A stretch of DNA of 64,000 bases. Origin: an uncultured bacterium (GTDB taxonomy: Bacteria > Deinococcota > Deinococci > Deinococcales > Trueperaceae). Location: the NCBI GenBank assembly GCA_964398765.1, contig CAYNNL010000001.1:2214-66213 (forward strand), in the 5' to 3' direction. The stretch's first letter is position 1. Each line of letters opens with the position of its first letter. The translations under genes and the position numbers were made by a program. Under the pieces are notes generated by a model. It was not told the DNA's origin and did not search any database. It saw only the letters and a program-made list of their open reading frames with translations. This document shows positions 57,518 to 64,000 of this stretch, in pieces.

Positions 57518-58363
57518 ATGCCCTCGCGACCTCCCGACCGCCCGAACCCAGGCGCCGCGCTCCAGGGCGTGTACCTCAGGCCCCTCCCGGACGAGGTGAT
57601 CCCCGCCCGCCACTCGGCGGGCGCGCGGGTGCGCGCCGGCCAGCTCCAGGCGTTCCTCCGGCCGCTCCAGGTCGCCGCCGGTCGCGCCCTCGCCAGGCCG
57701 GGCGCCACCCCGGGGACGGTCACGCTGCTCGTCGCCGCGTCCAGGGACTGGCACAAGCTCTGCCGCTACCCCTATGGGCTGCCGTTCACCCGCACCGGGG
57801 TCGGCGGCTCGAGCGCCACGGTGATCGCCGCGGCCGACTACCAGCCCCGCCTGCTCGGGCGCTTCGACGAGGTGATGTTGAGGGCCGCCAAGGCCGGGGT
57901 CATGGCTCCGGCGGAACCGGGCGAGTTCGTCGACCTCATGGTGGGCCACGAGTGGGGCCACGCCGTCTCCAACCTGGGTGGCCTGCGCACGCGCCTCAAG
58001 TGGCTCGACGAGCTGAACGCCACCTACGTGTTCGTGCAGGCGCTACACGACACGGGGCAGTCGGCGATGGTCGAGCGGCTGTCCGCCTGGGCCGCCTGGC
58101 AGGTGGCTGGCACCGAGCACGAGATGGGCGACCTGGCATCCTTCGAGTACCCACGCGGTCGCGCCGGTTGGAGCCGGCTCCTCTGGTACCAGGGGGTGTT
58201 CACCCAGCGGGCCCTCGAGCTGGCGCCGGCGCGCGGCTGGGACTACCTGTTGGAGCTACGTGACGCCCTGCCCGCCGGGGACCGCGGCGAGCTCGCCCGC
58301 AAGCTGGTCGAGGTGGAGCCGAGCTTCCGGCCGTGGTTCAGGGTGTTCGGTCGGAAGAGGTAG
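57518..58363 (+). CDS. hypothetical protein with HExxH zinc-metallopeptidase motif
   Basis: I use the internal start MPSRPPD. Contains FVDLMVGHEWGHAV (HExxH). I recognise no family. Confidence 0.55.
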   Translation: MPSRPPDRPNPGAALQGVYLRPLPDEVIPARHSAGARVRAGQLQAFLRPLQVAAGRALARPGATPGTVTLLVAASRDWHKLCRYPYGLPFTRTGVGGSSATVIAAADYQPRLLGRFDEVMLRAAKAGVMAPAEPGEFVDLMVGHEWGHAVSNLGGLRTRLKWLDELNATYVFVQALHDTGQSAMVERLSAWAAWQVAGTEHEMGDLASFEYPRGRAGWSRLLWYQGVFTQRALELAPARGWDYLLELRDALPAGDRGELARKLVEVEPSFRPWFRVFGRKR

Positions 58364-58414
58364 GCAGCGCTGGACCCGGCGCGTGGCGCCGGGGCTACGC
58401 GCTCCGCGCGGCGG

Positions 58415-60526
58415 TCACGCCGACAGCGCCAGGTCGCTCTGGAGCTGCTCGAGCACCACCTCGAGGTTGGCCCGCGCCTCGGGCTGACAGCCGGCGATCA
58501 GTGCCTCGGCGCGCACGAGCGCCTCGTGGGCCCGCACGTCGTCGCCGAAGCTCATCGCCGCTTGCGCCAGCGCGAGCGCCCCCTCCGCGGCCAGCTCGGG
58601 CGGCAGCTCGAGGGCCGACAGCTCGGTGTAGAGGTCGTACGTCGTCGCCACGTCCTCGCGCGAGGTGGCCAGGTCGGCGGCGGCGAGGTAATGCGCGTAG
58701 GCCGCCTCGGGCGCCCCGCCGAGGGCGAAATGCTCGGCGGTGCCCGCGGAGAAGGCTAGGGGGGCGTGCTGCTCGAGCCAGGTCGCGATGCGAAGGTGCA
58801 GCACCGGTCGGTCGGCGTAGGGGACCATCCGCAGTACGCCGTTGCGGAGGAGTTCGCTCTGGAAGCGGTACTCGATCTCACCGGGGATGGACGAGCCGAC
58901 CTGCGCCACGAGCATGTTCTCCCGGACGAGAGCCCCAACGTCGGACGCGGCCGAGGCCCCGCCGAGCTCGCGCAGCAGGCCCTCCCACACCACCTCGCCC
59001 GCCAGCGCGGCGTAGGCGAGGAGGCGCCGGTGCCGCGTCTCGATCATGTCGAGCCGGGCCTGGAGCAGGGAGGCGAGCGAGCCCGAGAACGTCTCCTCCG
59101 TGGCCACCGACAGGGCGCGGCCCAGCTCCAGCACGTAGGCGGGCACGCCCCCGACCTGCTCGAGCAGCCCCGCCACGGCCTCGCGCATGGGCGAACCGGT
59201 CACCTCGGCGAGCAGCAGCTCCGCCTCCGCCTTCTGCAGAGCCGGCAGGATGAGCTCCGCTCGCCGGCCCTCGCCCCCGGGACGGCGCGCCGTGCGGAGC
59301 AGCAGTAGCGGTGCCTCCGAGGCGGCCAGCAGGGCGAGGAACTCGTTGAGCGCCGGGTCGTGCGGCTCGTTCTCGACCACCAGCACGAGCGGCGCCGTGG
59401 GCCAGTTCGACCCGCCGCCCTGCCGGGCGAGGGCCACGAGCAGGTCGCGCCAGGCGAGGCTGGTTCGGTCGATGCTGCGGCGCTCGGCCCGCTTCCAGGT
59501 GCCGCGGGGCGCGAGGTCGAGGCTGGCCAGGATGAGCCGGTGCCAGCGCGGCTCCGTGGGGATGAGCTCCTCCAGGCGACGCTGCACGCGGGGTAGCGCC
59601 GCGCGCTCGTCGCCACCGACGTGTAGGCCGAACACCTGGCGGCCCAGGCTCTGGAACCCGAACTCCTCGCCCGCGGCCGGCTCCAGCCAGAGTGCGCGCT
59701 GGCCGCCGCCGAGGCCGCTCAGGAACTCGCGCAGGAGCCGCGTCTTGCCCCTGCCCGCCTCTCCCACGACCCAGAGCTCGCGCGGCCGGCCCGAGTTGGC
59801 CACCTCGGCGTGGAGCCTCCTGAGCGCCGCCAGCTCACCCTCGCGCCCCACGAAACGGACGTCCGCGTAAGGGTCCGCGTGACGCCTCGCCGGCGCCACC
59901 AGCACGTAGGCCTCACCCACGTCGGGGAAGCCGTGGAGGCTGACCGGACCCGTGGAGCGGTAGTGCAGGCGGTTGCGCGTCGTGTGATAGGTCTCGGGGC
60001 CCACCCAGACCTGTCCCGGCTCGGCCACCTCCTCCAGGCGCGCGGCCAGGTTGACGGCGCTTCCCATCACCGTGTACGAGCGCACGCGCCCGGAGCCGAC
60101 CGGCCCCGCGATCACGCTGCCCGTGTTCAAGCCGGCGCGCGCCGCGAGCGGCAGCCCGCGGGCCTTGCCGACCGCCTCGACCGCGCTGAGGCTGGCGGCG
60201 GCGGCCAGCACGGCCCTGAGCGCGTCGTCCGGGTGAGAGCGGGGGGCGCCGAAGAGCGCCAGCAGGCCGTCGCCCTTCAGCGCGTCGACGTAGCCGTCGT
60301 GCGCCTCCACCACGCCCGTGATCACCGTCAGGACCTCGTCGGCCAGGTCGCGCAGGTCCTCGGGATCGAGGTCACGCGTCAGGGCGCTGAAGTCCGCCAT
60401 GTCGACGAAGAGCATCGTCACGCGCCGACGCTCGCGCGCCGCCGACTGCCTGCCGAGCCGCACGCCGCACATGCCGCAGTAGCGCATCCCCGCCGGGTTG
60501 GCGGTGCCGCAGGAGGCGCAGATCAT
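58415..60526 (-). CDS. zinc-ribbon / class III nucleotidyl cyclase / AAA(STAND)-ATPase / TPR-like multidomain protein
   Basis: The domains in order are MICASCGTANPAGMRYCGMCG (zinc ribbon), VTMLFVDMADFSALT..GDGLLALFG..YTVMGSAVNLAARLE (class III cyclase), FVGREGELAALRRL..VVGEAGRGKTRLL (P-loop), and a helical repeat C-terminus. Confidence 0.8.
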   Translation of the reverse strand: MICASCGTANPAGMRYCGMCGVRLGRQSAARERRRVTMLFVDMADFSALTRDLDPEDLRDLADEVLTVITGVVEAHDGYVDALKGDGLLALFGAPRSHPDDALRAVLAAAASLSAVEAVGKARGLPLAARAGLNTGSVIAGPVGSGRVRSYTVMGSAVNLAARLEEVAEPGQVWVGPETYHTTRNRLHYRSTGPVSLHGFPDVGEAYVLVAPARRHADPYADVRFVGREGELAALRRLHAEVANSGRPRELWVVGEAGRGKTRLLREFLSGLGGGQRALWLEPAAGEEFGFQSLGRQVFGLHVGGDERAALPRVQRRLEELIPTEPRWHRLILASLDLAPRGTWKRAERRSIDRTSLAWRDLLVALARQGGGSNWPTAPLVLVVENEPHDPALNEFLALLAASEAPLLLLRTARRPGGEGRRAELILPALQKAEAELLLAEVTGSPMREAVAGLLEQVGGVPAYVLELGRALSVATEETFSGSLASLLQARLDMIETRHRRLLAYAALAGEVVWEGLLRELGGASAASDVGALVRENMLVAQVGSSIPGEIEYRFQSELLRNGVLRMVPYADRPVLHLRIATWLEQHAPLAFSAGTAEHFALGGAPEAAYAHYLAAADLATSREDVATTYDLYTELSALELPPELAAEGALALAQAAMSFGDDVRAHEALVRAEALIAGCQPEARANLEVVLEQLQSDLALSA

Positions 60527-60565
60527 CCGCTTCGCCGCCCGCGGCAGATGAGGGACGTCATCCGG

Positions 60566-61867
60566 TCACCATCCGAGTAGCGGCGCCGGGTCTATGAACG
60601 GACTCGAGCCGCTGCCCTCGCGCCTCGCGTAGAACTGCAGGACGTCGGGGCGGGTGAGGGTGCCGCCCCCGAGGTAACCGAGGACGGTACCCTGCTCCAC
60701 CGTGTCGAAGAGTTCCACGATGGGTTGGCGCAGGTTCACGTAGATGCTCACAAGGTCACCGGCGTGCTGTAGCGCCACCATGTAGCCGAGGTTGGCCCCG
60801 AGGTAGGTGATCGCCGTGACTCGCCCGGTCTGCACCGCGCGGACCGCGGAGTTGATGAGCGGCGCTTGGATGCCGAGGTACGAGTTGTTCCCCTCCCCGA
60901 AGCGGCTGATCAGCTTGGCGCCGTCGAAGGGCCTGACGAAGCCCGATGTGAGGGGCGAGAGCGGAGCCTCCAGCGCGTCGGCGCGGCTCCTCGCCACGTC
61001 GGCTTGCCGCTGGAGCTCGAGCTGCTTGTCGCGGTCCTGCGCGTACTCGGCGGCGGCGGCGCGCGCACGCTCCTCCTCGGCCCTCAAGCGGGCGATCTCG
61101 TTGGCGAGCTGCTGGTTGAGGTCGCCCACGCTGCGCTCGATGCGGTCCTGCTCCTCGAGGAGGCTCTGCTTCTGGATGAGCTGGCCGGCCTGGGTGGCGT
61201 TGAGCTCGGCCACCACCTGCTCGAGCCGTTGGCGCGACGCCTCCAGCTCCGTCTCCGTGCGCGCCAGTTCGGCCTGCGCCGCGCCCAGCTGGGCGATCTG
61301 GGTTTCCAGCTCCGCCTTGGCGCTCCGCTGCTCGGCCAGGACCGAGTCGAGCTCGCCGATCACGTCGGCGTCCTGCTGGGCGAGGATGCCCAGGTAATGG
61401 TTCCTGACTCGCAGCTCGTGGAAGCTCGTGCTCGAGCCGACGGAGGCCGTCAGGCGCCTGCCGCGCTGCTTGTAGTGGCTGAGGAGGAGGTCCTGCACGC
61501 GCTCCGCCATCTGGCCCAGGCGGTCGTCGAGGGCGTCGATGCGCTCCTCTGTGTCGGTGCGCTGAGCCTCGAGGTCGGCGATGCGGGTGACCAGGGCCTC
61601 GCGCTCTCGGCGCTTGGCGGCCAGCTCGTTGCTCACGGCGTCGCGCTCGGCGATGCGCTTCTCCAGCTGGGAGGCGGTCTGCCCGAGGGCCGCCGTGATG
61701 CTCGCCAGCTCCTGCCGGCGGTCCTCGAGGAGGCTCTCGTAGTCCTTCAGGTCGCGCTCCAACGCCTGCTTCTCGGCGCTGTCGAGCTGCACCTGACCGG
61801 TGGCGGTCCGCGTGAAGAGGAACGGGACCACCAGCAGGGCGAACAGCGCTATGGGACGCAGCGGCAC
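60566..61867 (-). CDS. envC: EnvC-like coiled-coil protein with degenerate LytM (M23) domain
   Basis: A signal/anchor is followed by ~270 aa of coiled coil and a C-terminal LytM fold. The metal-ligand positions appear substituted: SYLGIQAP instead of HxGxD, YVNL instead of Y.HL, and DVLQFYARRE instead of PHLHFE. It is adjacent to ftsX. Confidence 0.8.
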   Translation of the reverse strand: MPLRPIALFALLVVPFLFTRTATGQVQLDSAEKQALERDLKDYESLLEDRRQELASITAALGQTASQLEKRIAERDAVSNELAAKRREREALVTRIADLEAQRTDTEERIDALDDRLGQMAERVQDLLLSHYKQRGRRLTASVGSSTSFHELRVRNHYLGILAQQDADVIGELDSVLAEQRSAKAELETQIAQLGAAQAELARTETELEASRQRLEQVVAELNATQAGQLIQKQSLLEEQDRIERSVGDLNQQLANEIARLRAEEERARAAAAEYAQDRDKQLELQRQADVARSRADALEAPLSPLTSGFVRPFDGAKLISRFGEGNNSYLGIQAPLINSAVRAVQTGRVTAITYLGANLGYMVALQHAGDLVSIYVNLRQPIVELFDTVEQGTVLGYLGGGTLTRPDVLQFYARREGSGSSPFIDPAPLLGW

Positions 61868-61919
61868 CGGCCTAGTCTAGCAACCGCCACCCCGGGCGAA
61901 GTGTGGCGCGGAGAGCGGC

Positions 61920-62783
61920 CTACTGCTGCTCGCGGAGGTGGTGCGAGACGGCGATGGCGCTGCCCACGAGCCCGACAAGGATGGCCAGGAGGGCCAGGAG
62001 CCCGGCGATCCAGCCCAACAGTGCGGGGTCCCGCACGAACGGCACGAACGTGAACTGCTCCGACAGGCGCATCACGGCGACCTGGTAGCCGGGGATGGCG
62101 AGCCCGAGCGCCAGGGCGGCGCTGATGAGGCCGAGCAGGAAACCCTCCACGAGGAACGGCAGCCGGATGAAGCCGCGGCTGGCGCCCACGAGCCGCATGA
62201 CGTCTATCTCCTCCTTGCGCGCCGTGATGGCCGCGCGGATGGAGTTGACGATGGCGAACAGGGCGGCGCCCAAGAGCACCACTATGAGGATCGAGCCGCC
62301 GATGCGCAGGACGTCGTTCAGCGCCAGGAAGGTCGCCACCTCGGCGCTGGAGTCGTCCACCTCGTCCACGCCGGGCAGCTGTTCGAGGCGCAGCCGCACG
62401 AGGCTCGTCTGAGCCGGGTCGTAGAGGCGCAGGTGCAGCGTGTCGGGCAGCGGGTTCTCGACGAGGCCGGCGGCCCTCCCGAGCGACGGCAGGTCGGCGA
62501 CCATCTCCGCGAGCGCCTGCGCCTTGCTCACGAAGTCGAGCCGTTCAACCTCCGGCCAGGCGCGCACCGTGCTCGTCAACTGCTGAACGTTGGCGCCGTC
62601 CGTCAGGTACGCCGACAACTCCAGCTCGCCCTGCAGGACCGCCAGGGAGTTGTTGAGGTTGACCGACAGCAGGCTGAAGGCGACCAGGATGGTGAGCGAC
62701 AGCGTCATGGTCGTGAGCGTCGACACGCTGGCGATCCAGTTGCCCCGGATCGCGCGCATGGCCTGCAGGAACGCGTACATCAT
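61920..62783 (-). CDS. ftsX: cell division permease FtsX
   Basis: Contains MMYAFLQAMRAIRGNWIASVSTLTTMTLSLTIL, a periplasmic loop and RKEEIDVMRLVGASRGFIRLPFLVEG, the canonical FtsX motif. Confidence 0.88.
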   Translation of the reverse strand: MMYAFLQAMRAIRGNWIASVSTLTTMTLSLTILVAFSLLSVNLNNSLAVLQGELELSAYLTDGANVQQLTSTVRAWPEVERLDFVSKAQALAEMVADLPSLGRAAGLVENPLPDTLHLRLYDPAQTSLVRLRLEQLPGVDEVDDSSAEVATFLALNDVLRIGGSILIVVLLGAALFAIVNSIRAAITARKEEIDVMRLVGASRGFIRLPFLVEGFLLGLISAALALGLAIPGYQVAVMRLSEQFTFVPFVRDPALLGWIAGLLALLAILVGLVGSAIAVSHHLREQQ

Positions 62784-62864
62784 GCGCGTCGCCTGGGCGC
62801 CTGGCCCACTCCGGTTCCCTCTGGGGTCACGGGAGCAATATTACCCGGAGGCGCACGGTGACGG

Positions 62865-63857
62865 TCAGGCGAGTCCTGCGATCACGGCGTCCGTGAACGA
62901 GTCCGTCGTCGCGCCGCCTCCCAGGTCGGGCGTGAGCTCGCCTCCGGCGAGCACGGCGTCTACGGCCGCCTCGATCCTCGCGGCCGTGCTGCGCTCTCCC
63001 AGGTGGTCGAGGAGCATGGCGGCGGTGAGGAAGGTGGCGGTCGGGTTGGCCACGCCCTTGCCGGCGATGTCGGGGGCGCTACCGTGGACGGGTTCGAAGA
63101 TGGCGTACCGCTCGCCCACGTTGGCGCTGGGCGCCAGGCCGAGGCCGCCGGTGAGCCCCGCCATGAGGTCCGAGAGGATGTCGCCGAAGAGGTTGGTCGA
63201 GACGAGCACGTCGAACGCCTCGGGGGTCCTGACGAGCTTCATGGCGGCGGCGTCCACGATGATGTCGTACGCCTCCACCTCCGGGAACTCCTTGCCGACC
63301 TCCATGACCGTGTCGAGGAACAGGCCGGAGGTGAGCGGAAGGACGTTCGCCTTGTGCACGACGGCCAGCCGCTTGCGCCTGCGCGTCGCCTGCTCGAAGG
63401 CCACGCGCGCGATGCGCTCGGAAGCGCGGCGGGTGACGACCGCGTCGGCGATGGCCACGTCGCCGTAGCGCCGCTCCTTCTCGACGTAGAGGCCCTCCGT
63501 GTTCTCCCGCACCATGAGCATGTCGATGCCGGGGGTGGAGCCGGGAACGGGCCGCGAGCGGGCGGGGCGCAGGTTGGAGAACAGGTCGAGGGTGCGGCGC
63601 ATGTAACGGATGGCGCCCTGGTGCCCCTCCACGCGCTTGGACGGGCTGGTGAACGCCCCGGCGAGGGTGGCGTCGGCCGTGCGGACGGCGGTGAGGGTGG
63701 CCTCCGGCACGCTCGTGCCGTGGGCCTGGAAGGTGGCCCAACCGGCCTCGGCTTCCGTGAAGCTGAGGGGCAGGCCCGTGGCTTCCAGCAAGCGGCGTGC
63801 AGCCGGGATGACCTCCCGTCCTATGCCGTCGCCAGGGATCAAGCAGATGGTGCGCAT
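62865..63857 (-). CDS. homoisocitrate dehydrogenase-like beta-decarboxylating dehydrogenase (isocitrate/isopropylmalate DH family)
   Basis: The 330-aa sequence includes [49 protein letters not shown] and [15 protein letters not shown]. It aligns almost residue-for-residue with my recollection of Thermus thermophilus HICDH. Confidence 0.82.
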   Translation of the reverse strand: MRTICLIPGDGIGREVIPAARRLLEATGLPLSFTEAEAGWATFQAHGTSVPEATLTAVRTADATLAGAFTSPSKRVEGHQGAIRYMRRTLDLFSNLRPARSRPVPGSTPGIDMLMVRENTEGLYVEKERRYGDVAIADAVVTRRASERIARVAFEQATRRRKRLAVVHKANVLPLTSGLFLDTVMEVGKEFPEVEAYDIIVDAAAMKLVRTPEAFDVLVSTNLFGDILSDLMAGLTGGLGLAPSANVGERYAIFEPVHGSAPDIAGKGVANPTATFLTAAMLLDHLGERSTAARIEAAVDAVLAGGELTPDLGGGATTDSFTDAVIAGLA

Positions 63858-64000
63858 GTCACTCCTCGCTGTCGGTGGGCGTTCGCTGCCGGCCGTGCCG
63901 GCGTCGTTCGCAGGCGGCCCGAGCCCCGTGGGCGCGCCCGGAAGGCGCGCCGCCCGGGTGGCCGCCGAGGCCCGACCAAGGTACCACGGCCCGCGCGCGC

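Overview
This is a high-GC (about 70% by eye) bacterial chromosomal segment. Gene content points to Deinococcus-Thermus: an archaeal-type ProRS, a homoisocitrate dehydrogenase that matches the Thermus enzyme as I remember it, a pyrR-pyrB-pyrC operon, an FrnE/DsbA-like protein, and many apparently leaderless genes. I support 52 protein-coding genes.

- **1-34 kb:** mostly housekeeping. It holds metG (partial), proS, ilvE, galE, ribH, cca, coaE, tkt, bioY, pyrRBC and an aldehyde dehydrogenase. Interspersed are secreted or envelope proteins (a G8/CEMIP-like lipoprotein, a VWA protein with four tandem repeats, a DUF3352-like protein) and signalling proteins (a ParB/Srx-USP fusion, PAS-GAF-HD-GYP, Crp).
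- **34.3-53.7 kb:** a large cell-surface glycan locus. It contains manC, uppS, a Wzy_C-like/WbaP-like fusion protein, wzx, two more Wzy_C-like proteins, two glycosyltransferases, a pyruvyl transferase, rfbABCD and wzz. cysQ and a TipA-like MerR gene interrupt it.
- **53.8-64 kb:** cell-wall and division genes (Amidase_3, ftsX, envC-like), NUDIX, a zinc-ribbon/cyclase/STAND/TPR protein and homoisocitrate dehydrogenase.

I saw no rRNA, tRNA, CRISPR array, transposase, integrase or prophage genes.

The most interesting observations are:
1. One open frame fuses an O-antigen-ligase-like module to a complete WbaP-type phosphoglycosyl transferase. Two of the three Wzy_C paralogs share the same inserted beta-rich domain.
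2. The metG leader has a -10 box, a 13-codon mini-ORF with tandem Met codons and an intrinsic terminator.
3. An ~80-nt three-way-junction RNA candidate sits next to a 13-bp hairpin in the 438-nt bioY/Fe-S gene spacer.
4. Two further long noncoding leaders are unexplained (8.75-8.97 kb and 12.1-12.4 kb).

All functional calls rest on motifs I read in the translations and on remembered family knowledge. No database search was run.
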